Part shown: positions 1 through 11,257 of the stretch, piece by piece
How the letters are laid out: the number at the start of each line of letters is the position of its first letter
Position numbering within the stretch: the first letter of the stretch is position 1
Source of the DNA: Chiloscyllium plagiosum
Taxonomy: Eukaryota
Direction of reading: 5' to 3'
NCBI RefSeq assembly: GCF_004010195.1
Contig: NC_057752.1
Location: 6,853,003-6,895,422 of the forward strand
DNA: 42,420 nt
Program-made: the position numbers and the translations under genes
The notes under the pieces: generated by a model
Told to the model about the DNA's origin: nothing
Database searches by the model: none
Seen by the model: only the letters and a program-made list of their open reading frames with translations

Positions 1-260
1 GGTTTCCAAGTTGGTCCAGGTGAATTTGAGGTCAGGGTGGAAGGTGTTGGTAAATTTGACGAACTGTTCAACCTCCTCGTGGGAGCACAAGATGGTGCCA
101 ATACAGTCATCGATGTAGCAGAGGAACAGGTGGGGGTGTGGTGCTGGCGAAACTGTGGAAGATGGATTGTTCCTCATAACTGACAGAGGCAGGTGTAGCT
201 GGGTCCCATGTGGGTGCCATAGCTACCCCTTTGGTTCGGAGGAAGTGGGAAGATTAGAAG
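1..260 (-). mobile_element. Penelope-like element reverse transcriptase fragment (inverted relative to the adjacent 3' part)
   Basis: Minus-strand translation with frameshifts gives HFLRTKGVAM-GTHMGPSYTCL...FLCYIDDCIG...EEVEQFVKFTNTFHPDLKFTWT, the PLE-type RT motifs with YIDD. Homologous to 3340-3538. Confidence 0.9.
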
Positions 261-267
261 AAGAAAG

Positions 268-985
268 GTGCCACTCCTAGCACCTTTCCCTGCCACCATA
301 GGAAGTGCAAAATCTACATCCACACCACTCCCCTCACCTCCAACCAAGGCCCCAAGGGAGCCTTCCACATCCATCAGAAATTTACCTGTACCTCTACCAA
401 TGTCATCTACTGCATCCGTTGCACCCAGTGTGGTCTCCTCTATATCGGGGAGACAGGATGCCTTCTTGCGGATCGTTTCAGAGACATCTCTGGGACACCC
501 GCACCCACAAACCCCACGGCCCCGTGGCTGAACGCTTCAACTCCCCCTCCCACTCCATCACGAACATGCAGGCCGGGGCCTCCTCCACCACCAAACCATT
601 ACCACCCTAGAGGAAGAATGCCTTATATTCCGCCTTGGGATCTTGCAAACACATGGGATAAATGCAGATTTCAACAGTTTTCTCATTTCCCCTCCCCCAA
701 CATTATCCCAGTCCCAAGCCTCCAACTCTGCACTGCCCCCCCCCCCGACCTATTATTATCTTCTCCCTCACCTTCATCCACCTATTGCTTTCTCAGCTAT
801 TTTCCCCCAAAGCCCACCACTTCCCATTTACCCCTCAGCCCCGACCCACATGTCTCATTCCTGATGAAGGGTTTATGCCCGAAACGTCAATTCTCCTGCT
901 CCTCAGATGCTGCCTGACCTGTTGTGTTTTTCCAGCACTACACTCTTCGCTCTGAGCTCCAGCATCTGCAGTCCTCACTTTCTCC
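268..985 (+). mobile_element. Penelope-like element GIY-YIG endonuclease region and 3' end (pLTR)
   Basis: GTFPCHHRKC...FTCTSTNVIYCIRCTQCGLLYIGETG (GIY-YIG with Cys/His linker), then a C-rich 3' UTR and an HHR motif. The terminus gatgctgcctgacctg...gcagtcctcactttctcc is shared with the copies at 4500, 23420 and 25700. Confidence 0.9.
857..892 (+). ncRNA. Minimal type I hammerhead ribozyme motif (PLE-associated)
   Basis: CTGATGA (861-867), A, GGGT-ttat-GCCC stem II, GAAA (881-884), CGTC. Core intact; first stem I pair is mismatched. Confidence 0.75.
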
Positions 986-1002
986 ATCATTCACAACTCA
1001 AT

Positions 1003-2003
1003 CATAGAGCTGTACCTCATGAAAACAGACCCTTCGGTACAACTCACCCAAGCCAACCAATTAATCTAGTCCCATATCCTTCTAAACCCTTCCTATTCAT
1101 ATACCATCCAGGTGCCTTTTAAATGTTGTAATTGTACCAGCCTCCACCACTTCCTCTGGCAGCTTTCCGTAGATGCACCACCCTCTGCGTGAAATGGTTG
1201 CTACTTAGGTCCCTTTTAAACCTTATCTCTCTCATCTTAAACCTATGCCATCTAGTTTTGGACTCCCCCCACACCCTGGGGAAAAGACCTTGTCTATTTA
1301 CCCTATCCATGCCCCTCAAGATTTTATAAACTTGTACAAAGATCACCCCTCAAGCTCTGATGCTCCAGGGAAAACATCCCCAGCCTATTCACCTCTCCCT
1401 ATAGTTCAAATCCTCCAACCCTGGCAACATCCTTGTAAATCTTTTCTGAACCCTTTCAAGTTTCACAACATCATTCAGACAGCAGGGAGACCAGAACTGA
1501 ACACAACATTCCAAAAGTGGCCGAACCAATATCCTGTACAGATGCAACATGACCTCCCAAACTCCTATACTCAATTCTCTGACCAACAAAGGTAAACATA
1601 ACAAATGAATTCTTCACTATCCTGTCTACCTACAACTCTACTTTCAAGGAACTATGAACCTGCATTCCAAGGTCTCTTTGTTCAGCAACAATCTCCAAGC
1701 CCTTACCATTAAGGTGTACAAGTCCTGTCCTGATTTGACTTTCCAAAATGCAGCACCTCTACACTGAACTCCATCTGCCAGTGCTCGGCACATCAGCCTC
1801 TCTGATCAAGGTCCTGTTGTAATCGGAGGTAACTTTCTTCATTGTCCGCCACACCATCTGCCAACTTATTAACCAGGCCTCCTATGTTCACATCCAAGTC
1901 ATTTATATAAATGACAAAAAGCAGTGGACCCAGCACCGATCCTTGTGGCATTCCACTGGTCACAGACCTCCAGTCTGAAACTCAACTCTCAAGCACCACC
2001 CTC
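1003..2003 (-). mobile_element. CR1-clade LINE 3' fragment
   Basis: Minus-strand peptides VRPLLECCVQFWSP..LERVQKRFTRMLPGL..NYRER and VYKILRGMDRV; 3' UTR homologous to 15130-15365 and 21200-21350. Confidence 0.9.
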
Positions 2004-2009
2004 AGATAC

Positions 2010-2787
2010 TAAAGCAGTCCATATTCAAGTTCAACAACATCTGGATAATATTCAGGCTTAGGCTTACAATTGACAAACATTCGCACCACACAAATGTCAG
2101 GCAATCTAATCACTGTCCCTTGACATTCAATGGTGTTACCATCAGAATTCCCCAACATCCTTGGGGGCGGGGTTTACCATTGAGCAGAAAATCAACTGGA
2201 CTAGCCATGTAAATAGAGTGGCTACAAGACACGGCTAGAAATACTGCAGCGAATAACTCCCCTCCCGACTCCGCAAAGCCTGTCCACCATTTACTACGCA
2301 CAAGTCAGGAGTGGGATGGAATGCTCCCTATTTGCCTCGATGATAATACTCAAGAAGCTTGACAGCATCCAGGAGGAAGCAGTCCACTTCACTGGCATCA
2401 CAACCACTTCCTCCATCATCGACACTCAGTAGCACCAGTGTGTACCATCCAGAAGATGCACTGCAGAAATTCAGCAAGGATCCTTCAATAGCACCTTCCA
2501 AACCCATGACTACTTCCATCTGGAAGGGCAAGGACAGTAGATGCATGGGAACACCATCACTTGCAAGCTCCCCTCCAAGCACTAACCATCCTAAGTGCAG
2601 TTCCTTCAGTCTCATTGGCTCAAAATCCTTGAATATCCTCAACAGCATTGTAGGTCTACCTACAGCACATGGACTGCAGTGGCTCAGGCAGGCAGCTCAC
2701 TAACACCTTAAATTGCAAATAGGGACAAGCAATAAATGCTGGCCCAGCCCGTGATGCCCATGTCCCAAGTGAATATGAAAAAAAACT
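2010..2787 (+). mobile_element. CR1/L2-group LINE 3' fragment (second, older family)
   Basis: Decayed RT C-terminus (around gcacaagtcaggagtgggatggaa) and tail gcaataaatgctggcc...gcccatgtccc...aaaaaaaa; same tail type at 38030-38200. Confidence 0.7.
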
Positions 2788-2939
2788 TAAAATTATATTC
2801 ATTATGTAACAGATAAATCAAGAAGTTTCCAAAACCAAACATTTTCATTGCATATGTGGGACGAAACTGGTTGCACTGGTGGAAGCACCAAAAACCAAAA
2901 GGACACCAATGTAATGTGATGGACAAAAGTAGTAATGGT

Positions 2940-3115
2940 GAAATTGTGCAGTGAATCACTTGGATCTGGAATTGAACGCCGGAGTGTGGTGGAAGCAGAT
3001 TTTAAAAGGGAACTTTGAAAAGGAATCTGAAAAGAAAACAGTTGCAGGGCTGAGGAGAAGTGCAATTTGATGAATTGCTCTTGCAGAAAACAAGCCAAAT
3101 GGGTTTCTTCTGTGC
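2940..3115 (+). mobile_element. Old LINE/SINE 3' tail, interrupted by the PLE at 3116
   Basis: gtggtggaagcagat...gcagggctgaggaga...ttcttctgtgc; the tail resumes as atgctttatcattcta at 4571-4586. Confidence 0.5.
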
Positions 3116-3538
3116 ACCCACGCCCTCCACCTCCTCCATGATTTTCGCTTCCCCGGTCCCCAATGCCTTATCTTCACCATGGACATCCAGTCCCTGTACA
3201 CCTCCATTCCCCATCACGAAGGACTTAAAGCCCTCCACTTCTTCCTTTCCCGCCGTACCAACCAGTACCCTTCTATTGACACCCTCCTTCGACTGATTGA
3301 ACTGGTCCTCACCCTGAACAACTCCTCTTTCCAATGCTCCCACTTCCTCCAAACCAAAGGAGTAACCATGGGCACCTGCATGGGCCCCAGCTATGCCTGC
3401 CTCTTCGTAGGATATGTGGAACAGTCCACCTTCCGCAGCTACACTGGCACCACCCCCCCACCTTTTCCTCCGCTACATCGATGACTGTATCGGCGCTGGA
3501 GGTTGAACAGTTCATCCACTTTACCAACACCTTCCACC

Positions 3539-4328
3539 NNNNNNNNNNNNNNNNNNNNNNNNNNNNNNNNNNNNNNNNNNNNNNNNNNNNNNNNNNNNNN
3601 NNNNNNNNNNNNNNNNNNNNNNNNNNNNNNNNNNNNNNNNNNNNNNNNNNNNNNNNNNNNNNNNNNNNNNNNNNNNNNNNNNNNNNNNNNNNNNNNNNNN
3701 NNNNNNNNNNNNNNNNNNNNNNNNNNNNNNNNNNNNNNNNNNNNNNNNNNNNNNNNNNNNNNNNNNNNNNNNNNNNNNNNNNNNNNNNNNNNNNNNNNNN
3801 NNNNNNNNNNNNNNNNNNNNNNNNNNNNNNNNNNNNNNNNNNNNNNNNNNNNNNNNNNNNNNNNNNNNNNNNNNNNNNNNNNNNNNNNNNNNNNNNNNNN
3901 NNNNNNNNNNNNNNNNNNNNNNNNNNNNNNNNNNNNNNNNNNNNNNNNNNNNNNNNNNNNNNNNNNNNNNNNNNNNNNNNNNNNNNNNNNNNNNNNNNNN
4001 NNNNNNNNNNNNNNNNNNNNNNNNNNNNNNNNNNNNNNNNNNNNNNNNNNNNNNNNNNNNNNNNNNNNNNNNNNNNNNNNNNNNNNNNNNNNNNNNNNNN
4101 NNNNNNNNNNNNNNNNNNNNNNNNNNNNNNNNNNNNNNNNNNNNNNNNNNNNNNNNNNNNNNNNNNNNNNNNNNNNNNNNNNNNNNNNNNNNNNNNNNNN
4201 NNNNNNNNNNNNNNNNNNNNNNNNNNNNNNNNNNNNNNNNNNNNNNNNNNNNNNNNNNNNNNNNNNNNNNNNNNNNNNNNNNNNNNNNNNNNNNNNNNNN
4301 NNNNNNNNNNNNNNNNNNNNNNNNNNNN
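3539..4328. other. Assembly gap
   Basis: Run of N. Confidence 1.
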
Positions 4329-4469
4329 TCTTCCTGACCTCTCCGCCCCCACCCCACTCCGGCCTATCACCCTCACCTTGACCTCCCTCCACCTATCGCA
4401 TTTCCAACGCCCCTCCCCCAAGTCCTTCCTCCCTACCTTTTATCTTAGCCTGCTGGACACACTTTCCTC

Positions 4470-4506
4470 ATTCCTGAAGAAGGGCTTATGCCCGAAACGT
4501 CGATTC
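4470..4506 (+). ncRNA. Minimal type I hammerhead ribozyme motif (best-preserved copy)
   Basis: CTGAAGA (4474-4480), A, GGGC-ttat-GCCC, GAAA (4494-4497), CG, TC (predicted cleavage after 4501). Stem III is the palindrome ACGT. Confidence 0.8.
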
Positions 4507-5124
4507 TCCTGTTCCTTGGATGCTGCCTGACCTGCTGCGCTTTTCCAGCAACACATTTTCAGCTTCTTCTATGCTTTATCATTCTACAATAAATAAATTC
4601 TCCATGTATATAGTTATAATGGAAATTGCAAGTAAACTTACTATATTGGTAATCACACCTCATCACCTATCGAGATGCCCTTGCACAGCGCTAACAGGAG
4701 GGTGTAACTGCAGTTTGCTTGCTTCCTTCCTCTTTTTGGCTTTTCCCATATTACATGGGGTTACCTCAAATGTGGTTGATCACCCTTTATATGATCCATC
4801 ATTTTTGGATTTGGGATAGGAGTTGGAATTAGTGGTTGAGTGTGGAGTTTGTGCTGATTACTGACATTTCCAAAAGCTAACTGTCTTGAATGCATCCAAA
4901 TTTTCCTTCAGTGTCACACAAGCAACTGGAAGTGCTCAAACAGGTGGAAGCTGCCTGTAGGTCTTAAGATGAGTTTGCGCAGGTGACAGCATGTGGATGA
5001 GGAAGAAAGGGGCCAAGGATCGCAGAGCTAGAAAGAGGAATAATTGCTGGAGATGGTCTGGCTACATCATGATAGGCCAAAGTATAATCCAGCAAGAGAA
5101 ATCCCATTGAAACTTGTTCCACAG

Positions 5125-5385
5125 TGGAGACAGTGGCATTGTGCTAATACAGTGAACGAGTAATTCAGGAGGTCAAGTCCAACTGGTAGAATATAAATTC
5201 CACTAATAAATTCAGCCAGTTTAGTTCAATAAACACCCTTTAAAGGAAATCTGCCCTTTTTTGGTTTGGCCTACATGAGACTATAAACCAACAGCAACAT
5301 GGTCAACTCCAAAATATTTGGGAGTGGGGTTTAAGATACTGGCCCTGCCAGTAATGTCCTCATCCTGTGAACAATTTTAAAAATG
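5125..5385 (+). repeat. Decayed tRNA-derived SINE
   Basis: gtggcattgtgctaata...taattcaggagg head, aaggaaatctgcc body, ctggccctgccagtaatgtcctcatcc tail. Confidence 0.5.
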
Positions 5386-6481
5386 ACTGAACTGCATAAT
5401 AACAGAGGATTTGGAAGATGATGGGATGGTCGAACCTATCAAAGGCTGCAGAGAAGTCAAGCAGGGTAAAGAATCACAGACAATGCTATTTGTTTCCAAA
5501 ACTGTTCCATTTCTGTGGAATTCAAACATGGATTCATTGTAAAGGTGGGTGCAGATTTGGGAAGCAATTCATTTAAAGTCTATAAGGAGAAGAAAGGGAG
5601 GCTTGGCCTTAAAAGTCAACATTTAGTTTGGCTCAGAACTAAGATTTTAACCTAATAGCCTTCCATCATAGAGACTTACTTTCTCCTTCACTTCTGCATT
5701 CAGTTGTTTGGGCCCCACACTCAAATTCCCCTCCATAAACCCCTCTGCCACTGCACCTCCCTGTCCTCAAGATTATCCATAAAGCTCAGATCTTATTCAC
5801 CCTTTCCCTCTACCCAGCAATTTGTATGCTGTTTTAAACCAACAGCACCATAGCCAATATTTCTACATTAAAAACACAATGTGAATGCCAGCAATGGTCT
5901 TTAAAATCTTATTCAACCTTCAACTTCACTGATGTTCCTAATTCCCTTGCTTACATATGCAAATAGCACCAATGTACTTGCTGAAAAAGATGGGCACAAA
6001 TGGCGCAGGGCTGCAAAATGTGTTCCAATAGAACCATTTACATAATGAAATCCCACTGTACAACAGATGAATCGACTGAAGTGCATAACATTTTTCTAAA
6101 AGCTAGTTTCATTGGGATCAGGAATTTTAGTTAAAATGAAAGGTAATAGCTTGCAAGTCTGTACTTGATAGTCCATTGAATCATTGTGCTTTTTTTTGAA
6201 TTGTTCAAAAAATGATGAGGCTTCTCGAATGTTTCTGGGTAAAATGCAGTAGTACAGAGTTTTCAGATGCAGAAAATGTTTTTTTGGAAGGAGTGGGGGA
6301 GGAAAACCTTTTATGCATGAATGAGGAGCTTTTTACAATGGGAATGAATGGGAAATGTTTTGGATCACTGGAATTCTATACAATGAGTGTGCAAGGCAAG
6401 TGCTTTGCTCCACTGGATTTCCACACTTTGATCAAGTTTCACTGACATCAACTGTATGCCATTAGTATACTAAACACAAAA

Positions 6482-6745
6482 TTAGAATCATAGCATCCTT
6501 ACCGGCCATTCGGCCGATTGAGTCCATACCAGTCCTCTGAACAGCATCAGACTCGGTCTCAGACTCAGACCCATCCCATCTCTGTAACCCTGCATCCCCC
6601 ATAGCTAATCCACCTAGCCTGCACATCCCTGGACACGGTAGGCAATTTGGTATGGCCAATCCATCTAACCTGCATACCTTTGGACTGTGAGAGGATACGG
6701 AGCATCAGAAGGAAACCCACGCAGATATGGGGAGAATGTGCACTA
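6482..6745 (-). repeat. HE1-like SINE fragment
   Basis: aatccacctagcctgcacatccctggac...tggccaatccatctaacctgcatacctttggactgtgagagg; homologous to 7400-7572 and 23030-23220. Confidence 0.75.
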
Positions 6746-7399
6746 GTATGTCTGAAAGTTTCTAACAAAATTACATGCATTAATGGCATAAATCTTATTT
6801 GTTCCCCTACCAGAGTCAAAGTATGGCATTTTTAAAAACAGCTGTGCTGTTGTACCATTGCCCAAGAGTCAGAAAGTCTAACAATGTCATGATAATCATT
6901 TGGAAAATCATTTTTCATTGTTTCCTTCAAAGGAAACATAAAGAGTAATAGAATTGAAAATACTGGAAATACTTTGTGGATCAAGTAGTAGTGGAGAAAT
7001 GAAGTACAATGATGTAAGGAGGTCAGCCATATGGACCTCATAGAATGAGTTCCCCAATTGTGGCTGATACCCCAGTTCAATCAGGGAGTGCTGGCTGACA
7101 AATATAAACAGAAGTACTCTCAGCGCTGTCACCCCGGGCAGGCTGTCCCAGAGGTGGCCAGAAGGTACGAAGGGCAGTTAGGGAAACTGGAAGATGGGTA
7201 GGGCTGTTGTCCTGGAGGTTGGGGAAGCAGGACAGGCTGTCCTAGAGGTGGTCGAAAGGTGTGTCAGGGCGGACAGAGAGCTGAAGGAGCATGGGATGGA
7301 CCGAGAGCAGGAAGGGGCGTAGGGGCGCAAGGGCGGGCTGCCTTAGAGTGGCCGGAAGGTGGGAGGGACAGGGGGCTTGCTGGGGGTCAGTATTATGTT

Positions 7400-7572
7400 A
7401 GATTAGATTAGATTAGCTTAGTGTGGAAACAGGTTCTTCAGCCCAACAAGTCCACACCGACCCGCCGAAGTGCAACCCACCCAGACCCATTCTCCTACAT
7501 TTACCCCTTCACCTAACACTACGGGCAATTTAGCATGGTCAATTCACCTAACCTGCATATTTTTGGACTTTT
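7400..7572 (-). repeat. HE1-like SINE 3' fragment with (attag)n tail
   Basis: gattagattagattag...gggcaatttagcatggtcaattcacctaacctgcatatttttggact. Confidence 0.75.
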
Positions 7573-7799
7573 GTAATGTAATTAGACTGTCTTATATGTC
7601 ATTATTACTGTTTTGTAATGATGGAAACTGGGATTTGAGGTTTGTCCTCATTTCCCTGAAAACTGGTTGAACAGTGGAGTTTGGGGCCTGGCTTTGCTGC
7701 TCCTCTCCCTCGTAAAATTGCTGTTTCTCTGTATACAGCTGTTAACGTTAATTGTTTTGTAAACTGTGAATTGATTACTAAAATAAAAAAAGAAATACT

Positions 7800-8270
7800 A
7801 GACCATCTTGTGGTGCAATGGTAACGTCCCTACCCCGACACAGAGAGACCCGGGTTCAAGTCCCACCTGCTCCAGGAGGTGTGAGATTACATCTCTGAAC
7901 AGATTGGATTAGAAAAATACATTAAATTTTTGGGAGGTTGTGGTTTAATGGTAATATCACTGGACAAGTAATCCTGAAACCTGGTTTAAAAAAGTAGCTC
8001 AGTGGCGAGCACTACTGCCTCATAGCACCAGGGATTCAGGTTTGATTCCTGCCTTGGCTGACTGTGCAAACTCTGTGTAGACATTCTCCCAGCGTCCACA
8101 TGGGTTTTCTCCAGGTGCTCCAGCTTCCTCTCAGTCCAACAATGGACTTCTATTAGGATTTTGTGGCATTATGGTAGTGTCCCTACCTCTGAGCCAGTAG
8201 ACCTGGGTTCAAGGCCTACTTGCTTTAGAGATGTGTACTAACATTTCTGAACAGGTTGGTTAGAAAATAA
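7800..8270 (+). repeat. Cluster of tRNA-derived SINE heads (two related copies at about 7800-7920 and 8160-8270, plus fragments)
   Basis: A-box/B-box-like tggtgcaatgg...gggttcaagtcc and tggcattatgg...gggttcaaggcc, both followed by tctgaacag...ttagaaaa; an HE1-type head lies at 7995-8140. Confidence 0.7.
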
Positions 8271-11257
8271 ATAAACAGGAGTGTCAGAGGTTCTGTTCAC
8301 TCAGAGCAGACTCTGAGGGAGCTGGATCAGTGGCAATGATTCTCCACGGGTAAATAAAGGGTGGCTTAGTGAAGGGATACTGGCCTCTGTGGAGTTATTT
8401 CAGTGGCAACGTGAGAAAAAAGTACTTCCTGAAGAAATGTACTCGCAACAGTCATTTTTGAGTTGGGGTAAGCATTTCTGATATTATGCTGTTATTTGGG
8501 AAGCTTGACTTGTTCAATCCTGCTGAAGACTGGGCCCAGTATGTAGAAATAATGCATTAATTTTTCTAGGGCAAAAGACATTTGGGTAGATGAAAACCAA
8601 CAAGCAATTCTCCTGACAGTTTGTGGCCCCCTAGCGTTTTCGGTTATTAGGTGTCTAATGTTTCCTGAGATACCAGATGTTAAAACCTGTGAAGAGTTGA
8701 TGGATTTAGTTAAGGAGTATTGTGACCCCAAGCTTCCTCTAATTCAGAGATCAACTTTACTTGGCACTTAGAGAACAGAGGAATCTACGTCGGTACTTTT
8801 GACTAGGTTAAGATGACTGGCAGAGGTTTGTGACTCTGGTTTAACCCTGACAAAGAAGCTTAGAGACCATGTGGTATGTGGGATTAATGATGCAGCCATG
8901 CAAAAAGCACGTACTAACTGAAGCCCAACTGGACTTCAAACAGGCACTGCAACTGACTTTATCAATAGAAAATGCAGCAAGTGGAGTAGATCAGCTGCAA
9001 TGATATCCTGATAGAAAGTGGACACCCTCGCCAGTCCAACTGAGCTTGGGGAATACCACTGGAGTGGAGGCAATTCCATAGCCTCACATATCCTGAACAG
9101 AGGGACTCTAGGCCAACCCTCAGCAAAACCCCAAATCAAAGCTACGCCTTGGCCAAAACAGTTAACATTTTCTTCAGGGTCTAGGCCAGCAAGTCATTGT
9201 AGTTGCTGCGGTATGCAGACTCAAGACAGCAAAGGAGGCCCACCAGACCTAAATTGAGTAAGAGAACTCATAGGCCAGTATCCAGGAAAGTGTACACCCT
9301 GGAAAGCCCACCTACATCTGGTTTAGAACAGTGAAATTGCTTCGCAACATCCAAATCAGAGCAAATCAAAATAAACAGCTGGTTAAATGGTCACCCAGTT
9401 CTAATTGAGGTTGATACTGGTGAGGCCATTCCAGTGATTGCAGAACCAGTCTTGAACAAAATTCACTCTGTAACTCCAACCCTTTTCTTTACGCAAGACC
9501 ACAGCTGGACTGAACCTACATCGGGGAACCTTCACAGATAAAAGGGTACAACTTCAGTTCCAGTCTCTTATGAAAATCAGCGGGTTCAGTTACCTCCGAT
9601 TCTGCTAAAAGGGTTGGGTCGAAGTTTAATGGGGTGAAATTGGTTGAGAAAGACTCCCCTCAACTGGCTCAATAGTTTTTGATTAGATAGTGGCTGCCAG
9701 AATGAAGCCTAAATTGAACAACTCAGAATTTGTTTCAGGAAGGTCTAGGAACTATTAAAGCAACCAAGGTCACCTTGTAGGTTGACCTGGAAGCAATTCA
9801 GGTCAACGCCCTTCCAGTACCATTTGCCAGATGGGCAAAAATAGAAGTAGATATCAGGAGGCTGGAAAGTGAAGGAATCACCAGACCAGTCCAGTCTGCA
9901 TAACAGGCAGCACCGGTTGTACTGATGGTGAAGTCAGACGGGTTGGTTCACCTTTGTGGGGATTTTAAACAAACAGTAAACAGCTTTTTGCTGCTGGATA
10001 AATACCCAATCCTTTGCATAGAGGATTTAAAAGTAGAGCTGACAGGGGGCTGTCCTTTACAAAGCTGGACATGAGCCATGCGTACTTGCAGTTGTGGTTA
10101 GATGAGGGTTCATCTAAGTATGCTACAATTAAGGGTACCATAAGGGTTTGTACTGATATGAGACTGCCATTTGGAATACTACCTGTAAAATGGGTGTTAC
10201 AGGCCACCCAAGTGACGTACTTGGGCTACAGAGTTGACAAGACCAGATTATACACATTGATTGCCCTCACTTCATCTTCCAAACGTGCCCTGGCTCCAAA
10301 GGTTGTAGTGGAGAAGAGACCGTTTCTTGGATTGGCGAACTGTAAGAGAAAGTTCATGGATAGCCTGGCTTCCATCCGGACACCTTTGCATTAACTCCTT
10401 AAAAAAAAAGGGTCAGCCTTGGAAATGGTCACGTAGCCAAACGATAGCTGTTTCTTCACTTCTCTGAAGGCTATCATCCTCAAAAGGTACGGACATACTA
10501 TGATCCCGAGTGAGATTTAGTATTAACATGCAATGCCTCCTTGTAAGGCATTGGTGTAGTATTAGCTCATTGGTGGCCCAATGGGGAGGAACACCCAATA
10601 ACATATACATCCAGGAGTTTGGCTAATGCAGAGCGTACATACACCTAGATACAGGAGGAACATTTGGCCGACGCAAGGTCAGGTCCAGCAACATATAATG
10701 TTTGGGTAGGTGCGACACTCCTGAACAAGCACGTGGAAAAGTGTGGGGACATAACACGCCTAGCTCCTCGACTGCCTTTCCAACTGCTGCAGAACCCATC
10801 CGTCAAGCGTTGAAGATACCTCTGAATCAGAGATGGACACAGCGGATATTGCCATCTTGATGCCTTTGCTGCCTGAAGAGAAGAATGCTCCAGGTGCAAG
10901 AGATGAGCTACTGTGCATTACACATCGCCTGTATCAGAAGCGGAGTTAGAGGAACCCGACCCGGTGTTAAAACAGCCCAGGAGGAGCCACACTTAACAAA
11001 ATAAAACAGAACCAGCCTATATCCTCGGACTCGGAGGAAGAGGAATCTGGTGATTATAATGAGGTCAGCCAGGTGGACCTGATAAGAGTTCCTGAGGGAG
11101 CTGGATCAGAGTCAAGGGTTCCCCACATCAGTAAAGGGTGATTTGGTGAGGGGAAACTGGCCTCTGTGGAGTTATTTCATGCAGGGTTAACATTTCAGGT
11201 CAAATGGTCTTTACGGTTGAAGCTTGAAAGGACAGAGACAGGACTGTAATTTTTTCC

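Larger units (their letters stand above)
3116..4563 (+). mobile_element. 5'-truncated Penelope-like element spanning an assembly gap
   Basis: MDIQSLYTSIPH...ELVLTLNN...QTKGVTMGTCMGPSYACLFVG...RYIDDCIG before the gap; 3' UTR and HHR after it. 11-bp TSD with one mismatch: ttcttctgtgc (3105-3115) and ttcttctatgc (4564-4574). Confidence 0.92.
7005..11179 (+). mobile_element. Degenerate, internally deleted Gypsy/Ty3 LTR retrotransposon with a split 5' LTR
   Basis: 5' LTR in two parts (7005-7115 and 8271-8402); both match the 3' LTR (11046-11179) and both LTRs end ggcctctgtggagttatttca. PBS-like gtggcaacg at 8403; gag start MLLFGKLDLFNPAEDWAQYVE at 8486; protease VDTG at 9410; RT LCGDFKQTVN, FTKLDMSHAYLQ, RLPFGI; PPT 11033-11045; TSD tgaag/tgcag. 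Confidence 0.9.

Noticed and set aside
3309..4530. Long ORFs of 278-398 aa in the ORF track
   Set aside because: Artefacts of translating through the N gap.
7800..8270. tRNA-like A/B boxes as tRNA genes
   Set aside because: No cloverleaf could be formed, and they are followed by shared SINE bodies.
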